Positions 1 to 9,282 are shown, numbered from the stretch's first letter. The stretch is 64,000 bases of DNA from Planctomycetota bacterium (GCA_045863855.1 BTVV01000010.1:28779-92778); one strand, 5' to 3'. Program-made: numbers and translations. Notes: a model not told the origin generated them from the letters alone.

Positions 1-62
1 ACCGCACCAACGAAGAATTCTGATCCGCCTCCGGACGTTTACTTTTTACTTTTGCGTTTGCC

Positions 63-3000
63 TCATAAAGCCAATTCCTTCACCGCCGCCTCCAAACTTG
101 CCAACTTCTCCTCGTACTCCCGCAAGCGCCCGCGCTCGGCTTCCACGGTCTCCGGCGGAGCGTTCTTCACGAACTTCTCGTTGCTCAGCTTCCCGCGCCC
201 CTGCTCCACCGCCTTCTTCGTCCGCTCGATCTCCTTGCCCAGCCGCGCGCGTTCCTTCTCCACGTCGATCAGTCCGGTTAAGTCCACGTACAGTTCCGCG
301 CCGCTCAGGATCTCCGTCCCCGCCGGACTGGGCTTCTCGATGTTCGTTCCGATCTGCGGCGGATGGATCTGCGCCATCTGCTCCAGCACGTGCTGCTGCG
401 CGCGGAAGCGCGCCGCGGTCTGTTCGTCCTTCGTACGGATTCGCACCGTCAGCCGCTCTTTCGGCGCGATCCCGTTCTTCTGCCGGATGTTTCGCGCCGC
501 GCGCACCGCCTCGAAGACGCTCGCGAACTGCGCCTCCGTCTCGACGTCGAAGCGCGCCGCGTCCGGCTTCGGCCACGCCGAACGCGCCAGCAGCTCCGCC
601 ACCGGCGCGAACGCCGCGCCGCTCGCGCACCCCAGGCTCCGCGCTTCCGCCGCCGGCGCGATCTTGGCCAGCTCCGCCCACAGCGATTCGCTGATGAACG
701 GGCAGAACGGATGCAGCAGCCGCAGGCTCCGGTCGAGCACGTGCAGCAGCACCGCCTGCGCCGCGGCCCGGTCGGCCGGATCGTTCGCCGCGTCCAGCCG
801 CGGCTTGCTCAGCTCGATCGTCCACGCGCAGAATTCGTCCCAGAAGAACGCGTACAGCGCGTTCGTCGCTTTCGAGAACTCGAAACGCTCCAGGCTCTGC
901 GCGATCTGCTCCGACGCGCGGTTCAGCCGCGAAAGAATCCAGCGGTCCTGGTCGGTCAGGCGCTTTTCGATCTCCTCCGGCCGGTACGCGATCTTCGGGT
1001 CCAGGCTCGTCAGCACGAAGCGCGCGGCGTTCCAGACCTTGTTCGAGAAGTTGCGGCCCTTCTCGAAGCGTTTGGAATCCAGCGCGCCCATCGGCGGCGC
1101 CGGCTCGGCCAGCGGCGGCTCGTTCGGCACCGGCTGCTGAAACTCCTTCTTGCACTTCACGCACGCCATCAGCGGCTCGGAACGCTTGCGCGGAAGCTCC
1201 TGCATCTCGTCGCAGTGCGGGCAGACGATCTGCACCGGGAACTTGATGTCCTGCCCTTCCGTCGCCATGTCGAAGATCGTGAAGCGCAGCGCGTCCGCGC
1301 CGTAGCGCCGGATGATGTCCAGCGGATCGATTCCGTTGCCCTTGCTCTTCGACATCACCGCGCCGTCGCCGTCCAGCACCGTCCCGTGGATCACCACGTC
1401 CTTGAACGGTTCTTGATGCAGCAAGTGCTGCCCCATCATCACCATCCGCGCCACCCAGAAGTAGATGATGCCGCGCGACGTCACCAGCGTGTCGGTCGGA
1501 TAGTAATAGGCCAGGTCCGGCGTCTCTTCGGGCCAGCCCAGCGTGCTGAACGGCCACAGCGCCGAACTGAACCACGTGTCGAGCACGTCCGGGTCCTGGA
1601 TCAGCGTCTTGCCTTGGTACGCCGGCTTCCCGCGCGGATCGTCCACGCTCACGATCGGCTTCGCGTGCTCGCCGATCAGGTAGCGCACGCGCTTTCCGTT
1701 CTCCAGCGCGTCGAACGGCTCGTCGGGGCCCGCCTCCAGCTTCGCGATCGACCCCGGGTTATCCTCCAGGCAGTACCACGCCGGGATCTGGTGCCCCCAC
1801 CAGATCTGCCGGCTGATCGGCCAGTCGCGCACTTCGTCGAACCACTTGAGGTACACCTTCGTCCAGCGTTCGGGATGAAAGCGCACCCGCCCCGAAGCCG
1901 TCGCCTCCACCGCCAGCTTGCTCAGCGGCTTCATGTTCACGAACCACTGCGACGTCAGGAACGGTTCGATCATCGTGTGGCAGCGGTAGCAGTGCCCCAC
2001 CTGCTGCGCGTGATCCTTGATCTCGCCCAGCAGCCCCTGCGCCTCCAGCGCCGCCACCACCGCCTTGCGCGCGCGGTAGCGGTCCTGGCCGCGGAACGGC
2101 TCCGGGCACAGCTCGTTCAGCCGCCCGTCTTCGGTCAGGATGTTCAGGATCTCCAGCTTGTGCCGCAGCCCGATCTGGTAGTCCACCGGATCGTGCGCCG
2201 GCGTCACCTTCAAGCAGCCGGTCCCGAACGACCGGTCCAGCGCCGCGTCGGCGACGATCGGAATCTCGCGTGCCGTCAGCGGCAGCTTCAGCTTCTGCCC
2301 GATCAGGTGCTTGTAGCGCTCGTCGTCGGGATGCACCGCCACCGCCGTATCGCCCAGCATCGTCTCGGGGCGCGTCGTGGCCACCGTCAGCCGCTGAGAT
2401 GGATCGGACGCCAGCGGATAGTGCAGCTCGTACAGCCGCCCGTTCACGTCCTCGTGCTCCACTTCGTCGTCCGAAAGCGTCGTGCGGCAGCGCGGGCACC
2501 AGTTCACGAGGTACTTGCCGCGGTAGATCAGGCCGTCGGCGTGCAGCTTCACGAACGCGTGGCGCACCGCGAGGTTCAGCTTCTCTTCCAGCGTGAAGCG
2601 CGTCCGCGTCCAGTCGCAGCTCGCGCCCAGCTTGCGCAACTGCTTCAAAATCGTGCCGCCCGACTGCTCGGTCCACGACCAGACGCGCTTGATCAGCTCC
2701 TCGCGCCCGATCTCGTAGCGCGTTTTGTTCTCGGCTTTCGCGATCTGCTTCTCGACCACGTTCTGCGTCGCGATCCCCGCGTGGTCGGTCCCGGGCAGCC
2801 AGAGCGTCTCGTGCCCCTGCATGCGCTTGAAGCGGATCAGCAGATCCTGCAGCGAATTGTTCAGCGCGTGGCCGATGTGCAAGATGCCCGTCACGTTCGG
2901 AGGCGGGATCATGATCGTGTACGGCTGGGCGCCTTCGCGCGGCCGCGTGCCGAACGCGCCGCCCGCCTCCCAGCGCGCGTACATCGCGTCCTCGAACTGC

Positions 3001-3068
3001 GCCGGATCGTACTGCTTGGGCATCTCGTCGGACGGCGGAGCGGAACTCGCGGCAGATTCGGAACTCAT
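63..3068 (-). CDS. valS: Valine--tRNA ligase
   Basis: PPPNVTGILHIGHA (HIGH), GTDHAGIATQ, DWPISRQIWWGH, VMSKSKGN (KMSKS) and C-terminal coiled-coil arm (LSNEKFVKNAP). The start could alternatively be the ATG at 3023. Confidence 0.97.
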   Translation of the reverse strand: MSSESAASSAPPSDEMPKQYDPAQFEDAMYARWEAGGAFGTRPREGAQPYTIMIPPPNVTGILHIGHALNNSLQDLLIRFKRMQGHETLWLPGTDHAGIATQNVVEKQIAKAENKTRYEIGREELIKRVWSWTEQSGGTILKQLRKLGASCDWTRTRFTLEEKLNLAVRHAFVKLHADGLIYRGKYLVNWCPRCRTTLSDDEVEHEDVNGRLYELHYPLASDPSQRLTVATTRPETMLGDTAVAVHPDDERYKHLIGQKLKLPLTAREIPIVADAALDRSFGTGCLKVTPAHDPVDYQIGLRHKLEILNILTEDGRLNELCPEPFRGQDRYRARKAVVAALEAQGLLGEIKDHAQQVGHCYRCHTMIEPFLTSQWFVNMKPLSKLAVEATASGRVRFHPERWTKVYLKWFDEVRDWPISRQIWWGHQIPAWYCLEDNPGSIAKLEAGPDEPFDALENGKRVRYLIGEHAKPIVSVDDPRGKPAYQGKTLIQDPDVLDTWFSSALWPFSTLGWPEETPDLAYYYPTDTLVTSRGIIYFWVARMVMMGQHLLHQEPFKDVVIHGTVLDGDGAVMSKSKGNGIDPLDIIRRYGADALRFTIFDMATEGQDIKFPVQIVCPHCDEMQELPRKRSEPLMACVKCKKEFQQPVPNEPPLAEPAPPMGALDSKRFEKGRNFSNKVWNAARFVLTSLDPKIAYRPEEIEKRLTDQDRWILSRLNRASEQIAQSLERFEFSKATNALYAFFWDEFCAWTIELSKPRLDAANDPADRAAAQAVLLHVLDRSLRLLHPFCPFISESLWAELAKIAPAAEARSLGCASGAAFAPVAELLARSAWPKPDAARFDVETEAQFASVFEAVRAARNIRQKNGIAPKERLTVRIRTKDEQTAARFRAQQHVLEQMAQIHPPQIGTNIEKPSPAGTEILSGAELYVDLTGLIDVEKERARLGKEIERTKKAVEQGRGKLSNEKFVKNAPPETVEAERGRLREYEEKLASLEAAVKELAL

Positions 3069-3344
3069 CGTGCGGTCCTTAATGTCTCAAGCGCCGTAAC
3101 CGTCGGCGCGGGCATGCAAATGGAACCCCTCGCGCGCCCGGCGCGGCAAAGGGCTGTCGGCGGCCGGAAACCGGCTCGTACGGATGCGGACACAAGGTAA
3201 CGGGTGAAGCGGGAAGCGGCCAGCGAAGCGCCGAGGTTAGCGTAAAACGGACCGGCCGCGCGTGGTGCCGCGCGGCCGTGAAGCCTCCCATCGCGCCGAA
3301 GCGCGCGGGGTGAAGCGGGGGAAGAGTAGAGGTGCTCGCATGAC

Positions 3345-4289
3345 CTATTCCTTAGACTGCACCATACCTTCCTCTGGGATAGATTTCAAGTTTTCGCAGG
3401 ATTCGGCATGCGATTCGGCAGGCTTCCGGACCCTGCGCCCGGAAAGGCGATGCGGCTTGTTGAATTCCTTCTCCAGTGCTTTCAGTCCCTCTTCCTCAAA
3501 TGCCTCAATCTGAGCGGCAATTTCAGGGTGCAGAAGCCGGAAAAGTTCATCGCACTTTTGGTTCGCCTCTACCGCATCGGTATCGCGGCCTTGGAAACCA
3601 TAAATGGTCCTCAGTTGGTTCCAGCAGCCCCAGTCGTTCGACCCTCCTGGAGCTTCACACAGTGCTTCAAGAGTGTACTGCTCCGCGGATGAATAGTCTT
3701 CATAGGCAATATGAGTAGCGCCTAGGCCACGAAGCGATTGACTCACCTCTTGCCGCATATTCTCGGAATCCCTTCGCGATAAGTTGAGTGCTTCCTGGAA
3801 GTAGGGCTCGGCTTGCGAAGGACGCTCGCGCTTCAATTCAAGTTCCCCGAGCAGGCAAAGCGTATAAGGAACCAATGCCTTTCCTTGGTCGGAACATGCG
3901 CGCAGAATTGCCAACCCCCTCTGCAGACATAATTCCGCGTCCTCGAAATGGTTTCGATTGGTATAGAATCGCTCCAAGCCTACCCATGCAAAGCCCGTGT
4001 AGGCATGAGTGGGACCGAAGTGACGTCGAAGGATGTCCACATGGTCTAGATAGGCGCGCTCGGCAGCTTCAGGTTGGCCTGAAAACTCAAGGCGTATTCC
4101 TTCACCACACCGAATTTCGGCCTGCGTTTGGACTTTGATATCGAGGAGTTGACGTTCGAATGCCATCTCTGCGCTGGACTTCTTGAGGGGCGCTGCTTGC
4201 GGCATATCTTTCCATATAAGAAGGGTAATGGTTCCGGCAACCAAACCGGCGGCGAGTAGGTATGAGTAAGACGACCGGATAATGGGCAC
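3345..4289 (-). CDS. Membrane-anchored tetratricopeptide-repeat protein
   Basis: N-terminal hydrophobic helix, then TPR-like helices (AELCLQRGLAI, AEPYFQEALNL, AEQYTLEAL). GTG start with AAGGAG upstream. AT-richer than the flanking genes. Confidence 0.7.
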   Translation of the reverse strand: MPIIRSSYSYLLAAGLVAGTITLLIWKDMPQAAPLKKSSAEMAFERQLLDIKVQTQAEIRCGEGIRLEFSGQPEAAERAYLDHVDILRRHFGPTHAYTGFAWVGLERFYTNRNHFEDAELCLQRGLAILRACSDQGKALVPYTLCLLGELELKRERPSQAEPYFQEALNLSRRDSENMRQEVSQSLRGLGATHIAYEDYSSAEQYTLEALCEAPGGSNDWGCWNQLRTIYGFQGRDTDAVEANQKCDELFRLLHPEIAAQIEAFEEEGLKALEKEFNKPHRLSGRRVRKPAESHAESCENLKSIPEEGMVQSKE

Positions 4290-4392
4290 CCGACTCGGCT
4301 CCTTCCTTCTGTCGGCTCTGAGTTACAGGGCCTGCGCTTCTCCTTTCGCTATAAAAGGCATCGAATTCCATTCAATCCAAAATCCCCAATCG

Positions 4393-5547
4393 CTACGCGG
4401 CCGCTTCATGCTTCTTGTGCCCCGCGCGCTTCAGCCACACCACCAACGCCACCGCCGCCAGCAGCAGCGCCACCCCCAGCACCGGACGGTAAAAGAGCCA
4501 CGCGATCGCGATCGTGATCAGCGACAATACCGCCGCCACCAGCCCCGCGAAGATCGCGATCCCCAGCCCCAGCATATCCCCCAGGAACGGAATCACGTCC
4601 GCCACCACCGCCAGCGGACTGAAGACCATCGAAATCCCGATCGCCATCACCAGCCAGCCCACGAAGCGCAAAATCCACGTCAGCGTCGCGTTCGCCGCCT
4701 CGGCCTCCGCGAACATCTGTTCGCCCGACTTCAAGCCCAAGTCCAGCATCTCCAGAGCCTTTCCGTTCGACGCCACGTACGGCACGAACGATTCGCCCGC
4801 CTGCTTCGAGACCACGCTCACGTCCGCCGGCTTGACCACTTTGAAAGTCACGCGCACGTCGCCCACCTGCGGGTTCGCCGGATCGGCGCCCTTGTAGTAG
4901 CCCCCGCCGGCAGGACGAATCCCCTCCGGCGCTTCGCCGCCCGTTTGCACCGGCGCCGTCACCGGCAGCGCCTCCCACGCATCGATCGAGTTCGCCAGGC
5001 TCGGCGAAAGCGTGAATGCGCCCAGCGTGATCTTCTGCGCCGCGTACGTCTCCGACGGAAACGGCAGCGCCCCCGGATTCTGGTGCCCTTCGGGGTGCCG
5101 GAAGTCCGCCGAATCGATCGCCTCGTCGTCCCAGTCCTTCTTGTAGTCGTACGTGGTGATCGTCTCTTCGCCGCCGCCCAGCTTCTTCTTCGTTTCGCGC
5201 TTCGTCTCTTCCTTCCATTGGTACATTTCGACCAGCCGCTTCAGCTTCAACGCCGGCGCCGAAACCTTGAACTGCGGATCGCTCACCGTCTCCGTTGTCG
5301 TCGCCTTCCCGTTGACGTGAAACAGCTTCCCTTCGTTCGCCGGATCGACCTTATCGTTGGCCACCGAGACGAACGCGCCTTTCCCCTCGGCCAGCATCTT
5401 GGCCGTGTCCACTGCGCGCCCTTCGTTCCACCACAAAAGCGCGAACGAGGCGAGAAAGAGCACCGCGCCGACGAGGATGCCCTTGATCGAATTCCCGATC
5501 CGGCTGAACCAGCCCTGGCTGCTGACTTCGCTGAAATGGTCGGCCAC
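4393..5547 (-). CDS. TMEM43/DUF1625 family membrane protein
   Basis: Motifs LLWWNEGRAV, LKRLVEMYQWKE, PQVGDVRVTF, TWILRFVG and AWLFYRP; one N-terminal and several C-terminal TM helices. Confidence 0.9.
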   Translation of the reverse strand: MADHFSEVSSQGWFSRIGNSIKGILVGAVLFLASFALLWWNEGRAVDTAKMLAEGKGAFVSVANDKVDPANEGKLFHVNGKATTTETVSDPQFKVSAPALKLKRLVEMYQWKEETKRETKKKLGGGEETITTYDYKKDWDDEAIDSADFRHPEGHQNPGALPFPSETYAAQKITLGAFTLSPSLANSIDAWEALPVTAPVQTGGEAPEGIRPAGGGYYKGADPANPQVGDVRVTFKVVKPADVSVVSKQAGESFVPYVASNGKALEMLDLGLKSGEQMFAEAEAANATLTWILRFVGWLVMAIGISMVFSPLAVVADVIPFLGDMLGLGIAIFAGLVAAVLSLITIAIAWLFYRPVLGVALLLAAVALVVWLKRAGHKKHEAAA

Positions 5548-5722
5548 GGTGACGGCTCCTTTAAGTTCCGCGGTGCACGGCTCGAGTTCGCGCGCTCGGA
5601 TACGCGAGTATTTTAGCCGGCCGCTCCCGCCGCGAAAGAGCGGGACGGCATCCGGCCCGCCTCCCTATTCCGATTCTCCGGGCAGGCTTTCGAAAATTCT
5701 GCCCCCGGATAGATTCGGGCGC

Positions 5723-6844
5723 ATGAAAATCGTCTCGGTCGAACCCTTCATTCTCCACGTCCCCGTCACGGGGCAGGAGATCGCCGACAGCATGCACCGC
5801 CTCACCCACTGGGGCGTGCCCGGCGTGATCCTCGCCACCGATACCGGCCTGCGCGGGTACGGCTATTCGGGCACCCACGCGCACCTGCCCACCGACCGCC
5901 TGATCGCCGACTTCATCGCGCACACCGCCGCGCCGCTGCTGCTCGGCGAAGACCCCGCCGAGATCGACCGGCTCTGGCAGAAGATCTACCGCTTCCCGCC
6001 CGCGCAATGGGTCGGGCGCTCCGGGATCACCCACCTGGGCCTGGGCGCCATCGACGTGGCCCTGTGGGATCTCAAAGCCAAAGCCGCCGGCCTGCCGCTC
6101 TGGAAGCTACTCAACGCCGGAGCGCCCGCGCCCGCACTCGAAGCCTACAACACCGACGGCGGCTGGCTGAATCTCTCCCGCGAACGGATCGTCGCCAACG
6201 CCAAGCGCTTCACGCAGGAAGAAGGATTCCGCGGCGTGAAACTTAAGATCGGCAAGCCCGATCCCGCCGAAGACCTCGAACGCGTCGCCGCCGTGCGCCA
6301 AGCCATCGGGCCGGACGTCAAACTCATGGTCGACGCCAACGGAAAGTGGACGCTCGATACGGCGCTCGCCTGGAACCCCCGGCTGCGCGAACTGGACGTG
6401 TACTGGATCGAAGAACCGCTCTGGTACGACGACATCCCCGCGCATGCCGAGTTGGCTGCGCGTTCGGAAGTCCCCGTCGCGCTCGGCGAACAGCTTTATT
6501 CGTACTACGATTTCCGCGACTTCATCGCCGCCGGCGCGGTCCGCTTCGTCCAGCCCGACGTGACGCGCCTGGCCGGCGTCACCGAATGGCGCCTGGTGGC
6601 CGACCTCGCCGGGAAGCACGGACTGCCCGTCGCCGCGCACGTCGGCGACATGATGCAGGTCCACCTGCATACGTCGCTGGCGCATCCGGCCTGCGCGATC
6701 CTCGAATACATCCCGTGGATCCGGTCCTGCTTCACCGAGCCGGCCACCGTCCGCGCCGGAAATTTCGTCCCGCCGCAAGAACCCGGCGCCGGCACGACGC
6801 TGCTTCCCAACGCGCTGGAACGCTACGCCCAACCGCTGCGCTGA
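5723..6844 (+). CDS. Mandelate racemase/muconate-lactonizing enzyme family protein (enolase superfamily, probable acid-sugar dehydratase/isomerase)
   Basis: AIDVALWDLKAK, KLK, metal ligands in MVDAN / WIEEP / LGE, and QPDV. True start is MKIVSVE at 5723; the ORF-track extension overlaps the divergent gene. Confidence 0.9.
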   Translation: MKIVSVEPFILHVPVTGQEIADSMHRLTHWGVPGVILATDTGLRGYGYSGTHAHLPTDRLIADFIAHTAAPLLLGEDPAEIDRLWQKIYRFPPAQWVGRSGITHLGLGAIDVALWDLKAKAAGLPLWKLLNAGAPAPALEAYNTDGGWLNLSRERIVANAKRFTQEEGFRGVKLKIGKPDPAEDLERVAAVRQAIGPDVKLMVDANGKWTLDTALAWNPRLRELDVYWIEEPLWYDDIPAHAELAARSEVPVALGEQLYSYYDFRDFIAAGAVRFVQPDVTRLAGVTEWRLVADLAGKHGLPVAAHVGDMMQVHLHTSLAHPACAILEYIPWIRSCFTEPATVRAGNFVPPQEPGAGTTLLPNALERYAQPLR

Positions 6845-6933
6845 AAGGGTGGGTGTGCGGCCGTGAGCCGTTTCAAGCGCCGCGGCGGTTGGCCGCACGC
6901 AAGCGCCGCCGTGGACGCCCCGCAATCTCCGCT

Positions 6934-7548
6934 CTACAACCCGATCGCCGCCGCTACCGACTCCGCCAGCTCCGCCGAACCGGCCTCGGTGAAGTGCACG
7001 TTCAGCGGGCGCTGGATCCGTTCCAGCCGGGCCGCCGCGAACGCGAAAAGATCGTGCGTGGGAATCTTCAGCTCCGCCATCACCGCCGCGGCCGCGCGGT
7101 TATAGGCCACGACATCCGCCGGACGCCGCGGCGGCGAAAGCGCGCCCTCGGGCACCGGCGTCGTGCTGCACCAGATCACCTTCCGCGCCGCGGCCAGGTA
7201 GCCGCGCGCCAGCGTCCGCAGGTGGCCGGTGTACGCCTCCAGCGGCACCTGATGCACGCCGTCGATCAGCCTCAAGTCGTGCAGCCCGTAATTGAAGTGG
7301 ATCACGTCCCAGCCGCCCGCGCCGACGATCTCGGCATGCTGCTCCACGCCGCGGAAGGTCGGCCCGCAGTTGAAGAGCGGCCGCAGCACGTTGGCCCGCC
7401 CAGCCAAGCGCGCGCGCACGGGGAGCGTGTAGCCGATCGAGATCGAATCGCCCACCAGCAGCACCCGCGGCAAACCGGGCTGTTCCGCAATCGGCAGTAA
7501 CGCCGGATCGACCTTCTCTTCCCCGCCCGGCTCCGGCTTCTGGCTCAT
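6934..7548 (-). CDS. SGNH/GDSL hydrolase family protein
   Basis: LLVGDSISIGY (block I), HFNYGLHD (block III), NVHFTEAG (block V). Confidence 0.9.
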   Translation of the reverse strand: MSQKPEPGGEEKVDPALLPIAEQPGLPRVLLVGDSISIGYTLPVRARLAGRANVLRPLFNCGPTFRGVEQHAEIVGAGGWDVIHFNYGLHDLRLIDGVHQVPLEAYTGHLRTLARGYLAAARKVIWCSTTPVPEGALSPPRRPADVVAYNRAAAAVMAELKIPTHDLFAFAAARLERIQRPLNVHFTEAGSAELAESVAAAIGL

Positions 7549-7694
7549 CGTGTCATGCTCCAAGGTTGATCCGCGCGCCCTGGCAGGACATCCCCGCCGC
7601 CGCGCCTAGAAGATAGGCCGTGCGCGGCGACCTGTCACCTGAAAGCCAGCGCCGCCTGAACCGTACAGTGTTGGGTGATAACGGATCGGACTAA

Positions 7695-7722
7695 GGGTGC
7701 CAGCGGCAGCTTGCTGCCGCTG
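7695..7722. repeat. REP-like palindrome with a GGGTGCC foot
   Basis: GGGTGC followed by the perfect inverted repeat CAGCGGCAGC-TT-GCTGCCGCTG (7701-7722). The same GGGTGCC foot precedes the hairpins in the 8665 and 9230 repeats. Confidence 0.7.
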
Positions 7723-7849
7723 CGCCGCATCCGGGTAAGCGTTCAGCGGCGGAAAAAGTCGCCACCGGCACACCGATACACGGGAGCGATTCGAGCATTG
7801 AAAGGCCCTGCCCTTGCCGCCGAATCGGTCGAGGCTCGTTCAGCAGGAG

Positions 7850-7871
7850 CGGCGGGCGCCCTCGCCCGCCG
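7850..7871. repeat. GC-rich hairpin (9-bp stem)
   Basis: CGGCGGGCG-CCCT-CGCCCGCCG. Confidence 0.5.
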
Positions 7872-7917
7872 GAATTGCCTCGCCGTGGCCTTTCGCCCCA
7901 TGATCCGTCTTCGACCC

Positions 7918-8017
7918 TTGTGCCGAAGGCACAACCTTGGTTAGCCCAGGGCAAGGGCGCAGCCCGCCACCCTGGGTCTGCTGCCCCTAAATTCCGTTTG
8001 TCCTGAAGGGACAACCT
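7918..8017. repeat. Composite REP-like element: two related GAA-loop hairpins in direct orientation flanking a CCCAGGG/CCCTGGG stem
   Basis: TTGTGCC-GAA-GGCACAA-CCT (7918-7937) and TTGTCCT-GAA-GGGACAA-CCT (7998-8017) show a compensatory G:C/C:G change. Central stem at 7945-7951 / 7970-7976. Confidence 0.75.
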
Positions 8018-8102
8018 AAAGTTCAACCGGCGCCACGAAGCAAGCACACGCCGCTGGCTCCATGGCACACAAAATATATCCTACCTGCCACCCGCCGTAT
8101 GG

Positions 8103-8621
8103 TCAGGAGGATGGGCTACCATTTTCTCCAGCATTTTCCTTCCAACCAATTTCGAATACTAGATTGGTTGGATCAAACTCACCCAAGGCATGGCTGCATC
8201 CATACCGGCGAACACAATTCCCCTCACTTAAAAGTGTCATTCCGGCATTTCCTGTAATTGTATTAACGGTGGTTCTGCCATCCCTATGTCTTAATACATA
8301 CGAATTAAATACCATCAATTCTCCATCACTACAATCTACGGCAAACGTTCTTTGCGGTGGACTTCCTTCTTCAAACCAGAGTTCCACACGATTAAAGATA
8401 TCATTTGTTGTGAAATCGAAAACTTTACCCTTCATTCTTGGGATTATCTCGACGCCTTGAGCAAGAACGGTTGGATGATCGCCTCGATTCTCGCTTATAA
8501 AAGTAACGCATATGATTCCGTCTTTGATCGGAATTCTCGCGCATTGAAGCACTTGCCAACAACCTACCTGCACGGGAGCGCCCCTGCTTCGAACAAACTC
8601 GCCCTGTAGAGATCTACTCAT
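8103..8621 (-). CDS. Hypothetical protein, AT-rich orphan (cassette-like ORF B)
   Basis: Open frame across an AT-rich patch; beta-rich globular sequence ending GNAGM...RYGCS...FDPTNLVFEI. Start is ATG 8621 or 8630. Confidence 0.65.
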   Translation of the reverse strand: MSRSLQGEFVRSRGAPVQVGCWQVLQCARIPIKDGIICVTFISENRGDHPTVLAQGVEIIPRMKGKVFDFTTNDIFNRVELWFEEGSPPQRTFAVDCSDGELMVFNSYVLRHRDGRTTVNTITGNAGMTLLSEGNCVRRYGCSHALGEFDPTNLVFEIGWKENAGENGSPSS

Positions 8622-8664
8622 AATAGGCATCCAGATGTTGGCTGGCCGGCTGCAATGGACAATG

Positions 8665-8717
8665 GCGGGTGGCCCGAATCGGCGGGTGCCTCCGAGCAAG
8701 CGTCGTGGGCTTGCTCC
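8665..8717. repeat. 53-bp hairpin-containing direct repeat, copy 1
   Basis: 48/53 identical to 9230-9282; contains the perfect stem GAGCAAGC-GTCGTGG-GCTTGCTC. Confidence 0.9.
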
Positions 8718-8750
8718 GTGCCTTACTTCCCGCGCACGCAAATCTCCGGC

Positions 8751-9215
8751 TTACATGGACTGCCCGCTCCGAACTGTAGTTGCGCGTTCCTTCCTCTCTA
8801 CAATCCAATTCGATAAGACGAAAACAAAAAGTAGGAGGATGATTGAGACAATAAAGTTGCCCTTGATACCCTCCTCCACCGAACCCGACACGTTGAGAAC
8901 ATGGAACTTGCCTGCGTCCTCCGTCCAGATTCGGGCTACGTATGGCCAGCCTTGATACTTAACCCAGATGGCCTTCGTCTCTAAGGTGATATTTTCGACG
9001 CCCATATCTTTCACATCATCTCCCCATTTAAAATCAGCAATCTTTAAAATGCGATACCGTGCCTCTCCTTCTGGCGATGCAATCTTTAAAACCTGAACAG
9101 AAGCCCTTTTACTCTTCACCGAAATATTGAGGGCTGCCAGAAACAAGGCTGCCACGCTCACGGCAATCACCGTCCAGCGGTGGAAGCGGAACCTAGGGCC
9201 GCCATTAGTTGTCAT
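8751..9215 (-). CDS. Small two-TM membrane protein (RFRFH...LN...GWP...N pattern; cassette-like ORF A)
   Basis: N-terminal TM (VIAVSVAALFLAALN), soluble loop with YQGWPY, C-terminal TM (NFIVSIILLLFVFVLS). AT-rich. Confidence 0.7.
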   Translation of the reverse strand: MTTNGGPRFRFHRWTVIAVSVAALFLAALNISVKSKRASVQVLKIASPEGEARYRILKIADFKWGDDVKDMGVENITLETKAIWVKYQGWPYVARIWTEDAGKFHVLNVSGSVEEGIKGNFIVSIILLLFVFVLSNWIVERKERATTVRSGQSM

Positions 9216-9229
9216 AACGCTGCATCTCT

Positions 9230-9282
9230 GCGGGTGGCCTGAATCGGCGGGTGCCACGGAGCAAACGTCGTGGGCTTGTTCC
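9230..9282. repeat. 53-bp hairpin-containing direct repeat, copy 2
   Basis: GCGGGTGGCCTGAATCGGCGGGTGCCACGGAGCAAACGTCGTGGGCTTGTTCC; 5 mismatches versus copy 1. Confidence 0.9.

Noticed and set aside
363..3200. Long antisense or alternate-frame ORFs (945 aa here; also 28196-30724, 31345-33282, 23314-24978)
   Set aside because: Shadow ORFs opposite well-supported genes, expected in high-GC DNA; no recognisable motifs.
3253..3278. Possible T-box upstream of valS (GGCACCACG on the minus strand)
   Set aside because: Lacks the GGTGG core and a following U-rich terminator; better explained as a simple GC hairpin.
4393..5547. TMEM43 as a eukaryote-derived novelty
   Set aside because: Bacterial TMEM43/DUF1625 homologs are already known.
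8665..9282. 53-bp repeats as CRISPR repeats or integron attC sites
   Set aside because: Only two copies 565 bp apart with a whole gene between; no cas genes; no RYYYAAC...GTTRRRY ends and no integrase.
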